From contig CM060732.1 in the NCBI GenBank assembly GCA_030704615.1, positions 50,530,001-50,594,000 of the forward strand: a DNA stretch of 64,000 nt, read 5' to 3'. Source of the stretch: Takakia lepidozioides. Its lineage: Eukaryota; Plantae; Bryophyta. Made by a program: the position numbers and the translations under genes. Below, one piece after another: positions 27,355-38,247 of the stretch. Each line of letters starts with the position of its first letter. Position 1 is the stretch's first letter. Under the pieces are notes generated by a model. The model saw only the letters and a program-made list of their open reading frames with translations. It was not told the DNA's origin and did not search any database.

Positions 27355-29394
27355 TCAGACATGCAGCTCATATGACGGAGGTGCAGGAGATATGGAGCCC
27401 TGCAAGTTGGCGAAGTATTGCCGAGATCGACCCAAGGCCATGAGCGGGAAGTAGTGTCGGTACATGTGATATCGCATCATGAGTCCTCGGCTCAGCTCTT
27501 TGCCCTGCTGCACCTGCGAGCTGGACGATCGGAGGTCTACATTACCACCTCCTCCATACCCAGGAAATCCTGTGCCTGTGAAGTATTCCTCGCGCCATGA
27601 GCCCTCGCTAGTTTGCGTGCGCACAAGATAGTCCACTCCGTTTCTGATCGGTTGAAGATAAGCGGCGGAGCCTTGAGCCAGTAAAGCCATCAGTGCCCAC
27701 CCGGTCTGTGACGGAGTGCTGGGACCCACGCCGCGCAAGGTTTGGTCGACGTAAGAAGCACAAGATTCACCCCATCCGCCATCTTCGTTTTGGTGGGCCA
27801 CTACCCAGCTGCAAGCTTTCAGCACATACGCGGATTCCATGTTCTCGCCGACGGCTTCCAGTGCGGGCAAGACGCAGCCGACGCCATAGATGTGGTTCAC
27901 ACCCCACCGGCCAAACCAGCTGCCGTCTTGCTCTTGCTCCGCTCGGATGTATTTCAAAGCACCAGCAACCAAGGGGTCCTTCATGGTGCGTCCCAACACA
28001 CCAAGAGCTTGCACAACATGCGCCGTCACGTCCGCTGACGGCGGGTCCAGAACCTCCCCGTAATCGCAGAATGGGAGCATGCATAGCAACTGGTTGGTGT
28101 TGTCTTTGTCGAACGAGGCCCAGGCACCGTTGCTACACACCATGCCAGTGATCCAACCAAGAGCCCGCTCCAAGGCCATCTTTACCCGTTTCCTGTCAGG
28201 GTAGGAGGCCGCAGTGCTCAGCACGATCATCGCAACCGCTGTATCGTCTAGATCCGGATAGAATGCGTTTTCAAACTGGAAACACCAACCTCCTGGCAAT
28301 GCATCTGGCACCTTGACACACCAATCACCTTTCACCAACACTTGTTTATCGAGGATGTAATTGAGAGAGAGTGCGAGCTTGGGATCCTTATAATCGATCC
28401 CACAATCTAGCAAACTTAGCTGCATCAGCAAAGTGTCCCAAATGACTGACGTGCAGGGTGGGGTGTAGGTGCCGCGTGTGGTCTCTACTGCAAAAGGGGC
28501 ATCAAAAGCCCGGATGCCGCTGCGGACGGCTGGGTGATCCAGGCCAAAGCCCTCACAGCTCAACGCCATCAACGAGTACACCCAAGGAGGTTGTATACCA
28601 CACCAAGAGCCGTCAGATTCTTGTCGCCTGAGGATCCAGGCCAAGCAGCATGCGATGGCCACCTCACGGCCAGGCTTGAAACGGCTCTTACCATACCAGA
28701 TGAGGAACTTGTCCAAGTAGAGGAATAAACTTTCACAGACATGTCTGGTGAGATTTGAAAGAGTATAAATTTTCTTGCTTTGACGTTCTCTGATCATGTC
28801 CTCTGGTTCATGGAGCTCATGACAACACAAGTCGAGTGGCAGCGGACGTACTGGGCGCCGAGCAGAAAGGATGGTCAGGGGGACGATTGCTCCCCTTGCC
28901 CAGTAGCTAAAGTTGTAAAGATTGAACGGGAAGTACTGTGGTAGGAAGATTATTTCTGGGGGCACACAAGGGACATCATCCCACGACCATTCTCCCACCA
29001 GAGCTAACCAAATCTTCGTGAACCCGCGGGTCGCTGGAAGTCCACCATGTTCAAAAATCCATTTTCGAGCCGCTACCATGGATGCTTCATTGGCTAGCGA
29101 TCCCGACGCTTTTAAGGCCACGTAACACTCGACGGTGGTGCTAAGGTCACCTGCAGGAGCTTCGTGATAAACGTCCCAGGATCCGTCAGTTCTTTGCATG
29201 TTCCGAATGCAGCGCACAACTTCATCTTTCTTTGGGTCATCTGTAACGCCCAGGAAATGCATAGCCAGAATCCACTCGGCTTCCATTGTACAGCCTGCTT
29301 CGACCTGGCCCTCCCAATAGCCCTTTGGATTCTGCTTACGGAAACTCCACTCAATTGCATTGTTGATGACCTGATCAAGCTGTGTTCCATCCAT
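27355..29394 (-). CDS. shc: Squalene-hopene cyclase (triterpene cyclase), coding region without introns; ORF is open to 29442
   Basis: Catalytic YPDLDDTA (DXDD), several QW repeats (QRTDGSW, QESDGSW, QEQDGSWFGRWGVN, QNEDGGWGE), STPSQTGWAL, FTGTGFP, YRHYFPLMALGR. Confidence 0.95.
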   Translation of the reverse strand: MDGTQLDQVINNAIEWSFRKQNPKGYWEGQVEAGCTMEAEWILAMHFLGVTDDPKKDEVVRCIRNMQRTDGSWDVYHEAPAGDLSTTVECYVALKASGSLANEASMVAARKWIFEHGGLPATRGFTKIWLALVGEWSWDDVPCVPPEIIFLPQYFPFNLYNFSYWARGAIVPLTILSARRPVRPLPLDLCCHELHEPEDMIRERQSKKIYTLSNLTRHVCESLFLYLDKFLIWYGKSRFKPGREVAIACCLAWILRRQESDGSWCGIQPPWVYSLMALSCEGFGLDHPAVRSGIRAFDAPFAVETTRGTYTPPCTSVIWDTLLMQLSLLDCGIDYKDPKLALSLNYILDKQVLVKGDWCVKVPDALPGGWCFQFENAFYPDLDDTAVAMIVLSTAASYPDRKRVKMALERALGWITGMVCSNGAWASFDKDNTNQLLCMLPFCDYGEVLDPPSADVTAHVVQALGVLGRTMKDPLVAGALKYIRAEQEQDGSWFGRWGVNHIYGVGCVLPALEAVGENMESAYVLKACSWVVAHQNEDGGWGESCASYVDQTLRGVGPSTPSQTGWALMALLAQGSAAYLQPIRNGVDYLVRTQTSEGSWREEYFTGTGFPGYGGGGNVDLRSSSSQVQQGKELSRGLMMRYHMYRHYFPLMALGRSRQYFANLQGSISPAPPSYELHV

Positions 29395-29667
29395 GGACTC
29401 GAATGCTGCCGTGCCCCAACTCCCCTGCACTAGGCAGTTCACCTTTCCACAAAAATGCTATAGTTTAAGCTGCAGTACTCAGGAGCCAGGGTGTGCGCAC
29501 TTGCAACTTGCACACCTCAGGGCTGGCCCAACAGGGCCTGATTCCATCACCTCATATTTGGCGTTCTAGGGAGCCTTTGGGCTCCATGGTGTTGATGAAC
29601 TAAGTTTTGTTCTTTCAGATGAAAAGACATTTCGATGTGAAGCTGGTGGATGTGAAAGTTGTCAGCC

Positions 29668-29952
29668 AGACAACTTAGGGCCTTACCTGCTGAGGGCCTA
29701 CTGATTGGTTGATGGATCATAAACTGACACCGGCCTCACCTACAACAGGGAAGGAACAGCACGGACAGACAGCTAGACAACTTAGGGCCTTACCACAGGA
29801 GCGGCAGTGGAAGTCCAACCTGCTGCAGGCCTACTGATTGGTTGATGGATCATAAACTGACACCGGCCTCACCTACAACATGGAAGGAACAGCACCGACA
29901 GACGGCTAGACAACTTAGGGCCTTACCACAGGAGCGGCAGTGGAAGTCCCCC
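29668..29952 (+). repeat. Tandem ~133-bp repeat; third copy interrupted by a MITE and resumes at ~31572-31635
   Basis: AGACAACTTAGGGCCTTACC starts at 29668, 29775 and 29908. GATTGGTTGATGGATCATAAACTGACACCGGCCTCACCTAC recurs at ~29703, ~29835 and ~31592. Confidence 0.88.
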
Positions 29953-31564
29953 CAGCGTCCTGGAAATAATTTGAGTTGAACCAGCCAGTAGCCGCCCATT
30001 CCCCGCAGCAATCGGCTAAGTGGGTTGGGCAGTCGGTTGCTGCCCCTTAGTGGTAACTATACCAACGTCCGGGGAGAACCGGCAGCCAGTTACATGCTAG
30101 CCGACTGAATTCCAGAATTTCCGAATGAAATATGAAACCTCAAGAAATGGATCCCAGGGAAAAAATGGCCGAAGTGGAAATCAACCGGGTGCCCTACTTT
30201 TAGGAAGGATATTTGCCTTTCCATTTCATTACAGACAGGAAATCTGCCTTAGTTGGCAAGGCCTGGACGGATTCGGGGCCTTCTTATATTACAAAAAATG
30301 GAAATGGCCGTCGAAGTCCACCACATGGCAGAAATCCAACGTGCCAGGCCGGGTTACATCCAAGGAAGGGCGTTTAGGTCAAAAAATATTGAACTCAAAG
30401 AGGGCGGGCCCGCGGGCAAACCCTACTAAGTCTGGACGTTGCTCTCGCAGCCCCCAGCCCCACGCCTGCTTGCACTCGCTGCCTGCTATCACAGCTCACC
30501 CGTCCACGCGGGTTCAATTCTTCTCCATGTGGTTTGAAGGCATTGACAGGTCCAGCTTCTATAAGGATACAATTTTCTTCACTTGTTTGAATTGCTTAAA
30601 ACTGGTTGTGATTATTTATTATTATTATTATTTACTTATTGTTGTGCATTTGACACTTGTGTTGTCAACCGGTTGATATTTATAAGGGCCGGATTTATAG
30701 CTGAACACAAAATAAATCATTAGGAATATTACCAGTTGTAAAGAAATTATCTCGGAAATTGACCGGGTATAGTTACCACTAAGGGGCAGCAACCGACTGC
30801 CCAACCCACTTAGCTGATTGCTGCTGGGACTGAGCGGCTACTGGCTGGTTCAACTGAAATTATTTCCTGGACGCTGAACTATACCCTGTCAATTTTCGAG
30901 ATAAATTCTTTACAACTGGTAATATTCCTAATGATTTATTTTGTGTTCAGCTATAAATCCGGCCCTTATAAATATCAACCGGTTGACAACACAAGTGTCA
31001 AATGCACAACAATAAGTAAATAATAATAAATAATAAATAATCACAACCAGTTTTAAGCAATTCAAGAATATTGTATCCTTATAGAAGTTGGACCTGTCAA
31101 TGCCTTCAAACCACATGGAGGCCAAGAATTGAACCCGCGTGGACAGGTGAGCTGTGATAGCAGGCAGGCGTGGGGCTGGGGGCTACCAGAGCAACGTCCA
31201 GACTTAGTAGGGTTTGCCCGCGGGCCCGCCCTCTTTGAGTTCAATATTTTTTCACCTGAACGCCCTTCCTCGGATGTAACCCGGCTTGGCACGTTGGATT
31301 TCTGCCATGTGGCGGACTTAGATGGCCATTTCCGTTTTTTGTAATATAAGAAGGGCCAGAATCCGTCCAGGCCTTGCCAACTAAGGCAGATTTCTTGTTT
31401 GTAATGAAATGGTAAGGCAAATATCCTTCCTAAAAGTAGGGCTCCCGGTTGATTTCCGCTTCGGGCATTTTTTTCCCTCGGATCCATTTCCTGAGGTTTC
31501 CTTCAGAAATTCTGGAATTCAGTCGGCTAGCATGTAACTGGCTGCCGGTTCTCCCCCTACGTTC
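29953..31564 (+). mobile_element. hAT-like MITE (outer copy) containing a nested inverted copy of itself
   Basis: Ends CAGCGTCCTGGAAA...CTACGTTC with degenerate flank duplication GTCCCCCC/GTCCCCGC. The two halves match the reverse complement of the inner copy. Confidence 0.75.
30063..30876 (-). mobile_element. hAT-like MITE (inner copy)
   Basis: Imperfect TIR CAACGTCC / GGACGCTG with a perfect 8-bp TSD AACTATAC (30055-30062, 30877-30884). Confidence 0.85.
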
Positions 31565-34500
31565 GTCCCCGCAACCTGCTGAAGGCCTACCGATTGGTTG
31601 ATGGATCATAAACTGACACCGGCCTCACCTACCACACAGAAAGAACGGCGCCAAGAAAGAACGACACCAAGAAGGCAATGTGACGTGGTGCTTATATGGA
31701 GCCTCTCCGCAGAAAGCAGGATTTCCAAGGACTATTGCCTAGAAATCCGAAATGTTAGGGAACTTGTTTGTCCTGATCTGCTTCCCGCTGTGGAGCTAGT
31801 CATTCAATTTTGCTTCTCAACTATATCTTCCCGTGCCTGACTGCCGCTCATGTGGTAGCGTTGTTTTCTTTTTGTTGACATGGGCCTACTCTCCATAACA
31901 TCACTATGCTACAATCCTAGCCAGGGACTCACGGCTGCTCATGTGGTAAGGTCCTTAGTCATCCCTTCATTCTACTAACTCGGCAAGCCTCTAGTGCGTG
32001 CCCTTCGTAGCCTCTAGGTGTAGGGGAAGGTGAGGTCGCCTAGTCATTTACAATTATGGTTATAGTCTACCCTGGATAAATGTTAACAGTCCGGAGTACG
32101 AAAAAAAATAACATTTAGACAAGGTTAACTCATTAACAATTATGAAGTGATTAAGTGTAACACATTAACCCTTAACTTCCTACAATGTGAATTTTTTCAC
32201 TCCCAAAAATTACCACCCCTTGGAACTAACTGGAGGCTAACCACCTGCCAGCATTCATCCACAAAAATTGACCGTACACGCACATACCAGTGTTGTGTGG
32301 GTTCTGCCTTTTTAAGGAACCCGCCAGGTTCGGGTTTTTTTGGGAGCCAAGTCGGGGTCCAGATCCTCTCAATGTAATCTAGTGGGAGCTTATAATTATA
32401 GAGCATGTCTTGTGTTAGGTGAAGCCTTTATGGTGCACTTAACATTTAGTGAGAGCAAATTAACAAAGAGGGGAGTAAGCAAGCGTTAACAAATAACACT
32501 TGACATTTGCTAGTGTGCATAAGTAGGGGAATAAAAATTTCCTAACTTTTGTGGTAGTCTAACGTTTGTGGGCAGACTGTATGAGCGCAGGAGGGCGGTA
32601 CGAGGGGAGGCCTTTTGCATAAGTTACTGCCTACAAGTTTTGACAAGCTGTCATTCCTCCATCCACAGTCAGGGAGGCCTCTGATTTTGTGTGGCCTTGT
32701 CGTAATGAGGCCGCACACAGGGGACAAGGACCCGACAGCGGGCCCCATTACATTTAAACCGTCTTTATTACCTTGGTGGCCTAGATAAATGTTACCAGTC
32801 GAGAGTAGAAAAAAATAACATTTAGACAATGTTAACACATTAACAAGTTAGGAAGGGGGTTTTTTTTCTTTTCTCAATAGAACAGGGGAAGGGATTAATG
32901 TAGCACATTAACATTTATAGAATGTAACATTTAACAAACGTAGAAATTGTGAAATTAACACTTATGAAATGAAGATAATAAGAATAATTTAAGAACTTAA
33001 TGCACATGTGCAACCTCTGATAGGATGGTACGCCAGTTCCCGGCATGAAATCTTCCCCACCCTCTCTTGAGAGTGACGTGGAACTGAAGGAGTGTCAACT
33101 CGAGTCGGGGTTACATTGGTTACACGATGAGGTATGTAACTCCACTTGGGGTTACATCGGGTTACACGACAAGGTGTGGGAACTCCACTCAGGGTTACAC
33201 AGAATGGAATGCAACTCCAGTCGGTGTCACCCACACTTGGTCTCGAAATTTGACTAAGTCCAGTATAAAATGGACTAGTAACCAGTGTTACATGAGAGAC
33301 CAGGGTTACAGAGGGTTACACCAACCGAGGTTACACTACGAGAACATCCCATCAAGAATTGAACCCTGGACCTCGCTGCCCTGCAATGCTCTCACCTTGC
33401 CTTCACGCTACCCACCACAGCTTGCTAACTGCTCAATGGATTCTTAAGTATTTAAAATAGTGAAACTGAGGTAAGAGGGGGTGGGGAGGATTTGACAGGG
33501 GCCGCCTGAGGATCCCAGGTTGCCGGAATCCGGTGAAAGTAATGTCAGATCACACGCATCCATTAAGTTCTTACATTATTTCTATTGTCTTCCCTTATGT
33601 AATAAGGTGTAATATAGTATGTTCTCTCTTTGTTTGTGAGTTGTCTTTCATGACATGTAACTTAGTAGTACAACACACCTATCTAATCATATGTAGGTGG
33701 TCCTACTTATCAACAACCAAAAAGATAATTGCATACATATTTCAAGAATATTTTAAGTACACTCATTAAAAGACCAATCGATACCATCTACTTGCAAAAC
33801 AGCTAACGCAGGTACAACTACCACATATGTGATCTCCTTTCTTGAAAATATCCTCCATGTCAAGTCTCAAATGCTGAACATACACTCATTGTATCTCGGA
33901 GATAACGTCCATATCAAGTCTAGAAATGTTGTATATACACTCGTTCTACTAACATATTCGCTTCATCTATTCACTTTAGTAATACCTCCCACTTGTTTCC
34001 ACTTGTTTTCTGGGAATTTTGGGCAGAAAAAATATAATCACATACACATCTTGCACCATACTAAAAATATATGTTGACATATAATAACTCGCCTCCGCAT
34101 AAAATCCCTTGTATAACATAGTTTTAGACTCTCAACCCTCATGTTCATGCCCAACCCCTGGCCCAGACACACAAGGAACAAATATACTAGCAATGACAAG
34201 AACTGAAGAACTTAGGTTACAAGATCCCATACGGAGCCTCCTGGAGCCTCCTGGTCTTAGTTCCCGCCAGCCCCTACCGCCACCTCCCTCGTTTCTATTG
34301 GTCTTTGTTGTAGCCAGCCTCCACCGCTAACCCCCACAGCTAACCCCCACAGCGAGCCTCCCTTTTCATGCTGGTCCTCCTACGCTGTTGTTCGCGCTCT
34401 AACCTCTATCTTTGGGAGTGGGCAACTTTTAGAACCTTTGCCACCTTCGCCATGTAATGTTGCATGCACTCCATGTGGGCCCACATGCAATTGGCACTTT

Positions 34501-35532
34501 CACATGGCATGCAAATAGCCACATTTGTTAACCCCTAAAGGACGAGAGGTGTTTTTGGGTTTTTGGACAATTCCGGGACCCAGCCTCACACGTCAGCGGC
34601 TACCTGCCCACTAACGTTCATCCACGTGTATGAACCGTACAAACTGCTTCCTACCTATCAGATGCACAAGCCCCCCAAATTTGGGGAGATTCCACCGCGT
34701 AGTTTGGGAGATACATTTGAAGATGGTGCATTTTTTGGAAAATGGAAAAAACAAAGCAAAAGTTCATGTTTGACCAAGCAAATTATCCATGATCCCAAAT
34801 TTTCCTGAGAGAAAAAGTGCTATATTCCTGTGAAGTGCACAACCCCAAACCAGCACACCAAATTTCACCCCAATCTGCCAAAATGAAGTGGGGGGTGCTT
34901 TGTATGTGACTGGAATGGGGGTCCAAAAAGAGAATTTGCAAATGAAATGGTATAAGTCCCATTGGGACCCCAAATTCTCCTTCAATTGGGAATTCCAACA
35001 GTCAGTCCCTCATAGGCCAAGAACTACACAAGCCTGCCCAATAATTTCCCAAAACTACCCTAAATTGCATTTGGGATGTGGGATTTTGTGAAATTTCAGG
35101 CCTCCTCCAGATCAGGCAATCGGTGGCCGGAATTTCGCCTGAATCTGGCGATGTTTTCCTGGCCACGTCGACGTTTCCCATTATTTGCCAGGGCCAGCTC
35201 ATTCGAGTCGTCCCGATGTTCCTCGGCATTTTGGGGAGGGCCTCACAAGCACCCGACTCTAACAGTCGGGTTCTTTCTTTGTGGACTTGTCAACTACCAC
35301 CAGACATGGTGAACTCAGCAGACATGGGACAAGCCCGACAAGCAAGTTTTCACACTGAACTGAGGGGGAGTCGAACCCCCTGATCTACCCTCATATGCAG
35401 ACAGTCCCCCCCCCCCCCCCACACACACGGACCCACCCACCTACACACTCTATCCGCCATGTCCTGAGGCCAGCATAGCAACATCAAACACCTGCAGATG
35501 CAGGTCCCACCTACACACACACACCCATATGT

Positions 35533-37927
35533 TCATCGACCCCGGAGTTGATGTGCCTCACACCAACAATTGCCAAGACACATGAATGCATCTTCGCATT
35601 GGGGACAGAAGTAGTGGGTACGCAGCCCACAACGGATACACACACGACGAAGCGGGCTATGCAAAGAGGAATGCCAGCGGGCAGGCTCTGTCGTCAACAC
35701 GGATGCACGAACCGGACGCACGGGCAGCCTGCCAGGAGCTGTAAGGGCGTGTGCCTAGGCCAACGAGAACTCCAGATGGGTCAGGGGACACAAACCCCTT
35801 GCTCTCATGTGATAAACATGCAAGATGTAAGAATTCACAATCGTGGTGTCCACAAGGGAAAAAAACACTCTATGCCACCATTTATTAGTCTTCAGCTGCA
35901 TGCTATATGCAGCTCGCATCTGGTCTTGTACGTCTACACCACGCATGTAAGTTTGGTATTGAACATGCATTGGAACAGAAGGCATCTGCACCCTGGCATT
36001 CCCCACAAACCTTCGCACCATCACAAGTGAATTCGGACCAGATGCTGGCCGAGATGCGGATGACACCATGAACACGCCTTTCTTATCCCACCACAAACAA
36101 GCAGCAACTTGTCGGCTGCGGTGCATACGCCACCATGTGTCCCCTTGCTTGGCAGTCTTGGACTTGGACAAGCGCGTCAAGAAAGGAGGCAATCCCTTTC
36201 TATTGACCCTGACAATGCCAGTGGCCCATGTCCCAAGCAAAGCCATGTCATATAGCAACCTTGGTGATGTGAAGTAATTGTCAGTCACCACTACATGGCC
36301 AAGTCCATGCAATGGAGACACTAACCTCCAAACCACATCATATCCTTCACCTTTGCCAGACTTCTTCCTAATGCCCTCGGGACCCCGATTCTTGCCACAG
36401 TAGACATCAAAATCATACACATAGCTACTGACTGCGTCTGCAAAGGCCCACACTTTGATGCCCCACTTGCATGGCTTTTTAGGCATATACTGCCGTATAG
36501 CACAATACTTACCCTTGTACCTTATCATAATCTCATCAACTGTCAACAATTTGTGCAGGTTCCAATGTCGTTTGCAGGCACTGGCAATATCTTCATATGC
36601 CCATCTCACTTTCCCAATTTTGTCAAACGTAGGACTGCTACGATCAGACTCCAACGTCGAGTTATCCACCAAATGCAAGCAACGTAAGATTGCTTCATAA
36701 CGATCTCTTGTCATGACCTTCCTGATGACAGGGCCTGCAAAGAATACCTCACTTTGCTGCCAGTAGCAGCGGCTGTTTGGCAGCCTCGTTATCCCCATGA
36801 ACAAACACACACCTAGCCAGACAAGTAGCTCTGGCACAACCAATGGCCTCCAAGAAGCACCACCTCGAGTTCCAGACGTCACACTCTCCGCCGCGTTTGG
36901 TCTCTCGACAAATTCGCAGTAGGGTTGCTTGGGACCAGAACAACTTGAAAAACAATTCCACAGGGGAACAATTCCCAAAAATCCGCTGCAGCATGGGCCC
37001 AGGTGGGGGACCAGTGAATTTTTCTCTATCACTGCAGAAGGTAGTTTCTCTGCACTCCCAACTTGCAGGAGCGAACAAAGCTGCAAAAGCCTCTTCACTC
37101 ACCTTGTCAACCTCCTCGGCAGGCCCATCACTCTCCCAGTCCATTTCCTCACATGAATCGCCCTCATATCCCTCCATAAGCCCCATCTCCACATCCCCAT
37201 TTCCACAATCCAACAAGTCTAAACCACTAGCAATTTGGCCCCGCACGGGAAGAGCCCTGCAAATTGAAAGACAACGCACGCAGAGGAGACCTGTAGGGGT
37301 TAGCGGGAGGCGCACAGTCACCCGCGGTGAATTGCATTTGTGCCTACCGCCCACTGTGCACCCCACATCACTCATTCTTCTCACAGTTCTCTCCTCATAG
37401 GTGGTCGATGAGGAGGCGAATTCTCCTTGCCTACAGGCCTTTCCCGCTTCTGGCGCGCTACATCCCTCATTTGTTTGACTATCCTCATCTGACCAGACAT
37501 CCTCTCTAAGCACAATATTCACAGCCTCACTAAAGCCCACTTTGTCACCTTCCTCCCTTTTCTCTTTCCACCCCAAAATCAAACTAACATGCCTTCTAAA
37601 TGCAAAGCGAAAATTCACAGGACGAGGGTGCTTCGGCCACCGCTGCACGCGCGGAGGCAGAGGCAAAGAAAGCAAGTACTCCTCACACAGCAAACCCAAA
37701 ATGTCTCTCAATTGCCCCTTAGTACAGTGCTGCTCAATCAACGCCCACTGAGTGACCACCTCAACAGCCCTCTTATACTGCAGTAGAGGTGTTGGTGGCT
37801 CCAAGGCATCACACACCTTGCGCTTGTGACCCATAGCATCCTGCGACCAGACCCAATAAACCCACCTAAGTACGAGCAATTCAAATGAGGACACACAGAA
37901 TGCAGAAATGACACCAACGGCCGCCAA
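35533..37927 (-). pseudogene. piggyBac (PGBD4-like) transposase with a frameshift near 36895 and an in-frame TAG at 35755-35757
   Basis: LTVDEIMIRYKG..QYMPKKPCKWGIKVW, VVTDNYFTS, YMRGVDVQDQ (DDD triad), KWWHRVF. C-terminal Cys-rich domain CIRC..CPQC..C..C..H is in the same frame beyond the stop. Confidence 0.88.
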
Positions 37928-37947
37928 GGCATAAAGCGCTGCAACAC

Positions 37948-38247
37948 CCTAAACGAATGCACTAAAGCTCATTCAACAGAGACGGCAGCCATATCCCAAG
38001 ACACAAAGAAGCAACAAGCTAAGGGCACTTAACATAACTGAGAGAGCCTGCGCAGTACCTTCCCCCAACCTACGAATTCATGAATGCGCATCAGCGCCCT
38101 AAACGAACGCACTAAAGGACATTCAACAGAGGCGGCAAAGCATATCAGAGAACACAGACAAGCAACAAGCTAAGGGGACTTAGCCTCAATGACAGAGCCT
38201 GCAGAATGCCTCCACCCAGCCTGCAAATTCATGAATGCGCAGCCGCG
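37948..38247 (+). repeat. 2 x 150-bp direct repeat inside the piggyBac 5' region
   Basis: CCTAAACGAAYGCACTAAAG..CATTCAACAGAG..AGCAACAAGCTAAGGG..ATTCATGAATGCGC at 37948 and 38098. Confidence 0.85.

Noticed and set aside
8369-29442. Triterpene biosynthetic gene cluster around SHC
   Set aside because: No P450, acyltransferase, glycosyltransferase or hpn genes are visible in the window.
30125-31487. Similar ORFs 30125-30676 (+) and 31062-31487 (-) as paralogous genes
   Set aside because: Both lie in the inverted MITE copies, differ in frame and have no recognisable domain.
33355-33385. tRNA-like B-box fragments (also ~7347-7420 and ~35360-35385)
   Set aside because: Only T-arm-like GGTTCRA motifs are present, with no cloverleaf. 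At most they are SINE or TE-derived relics.
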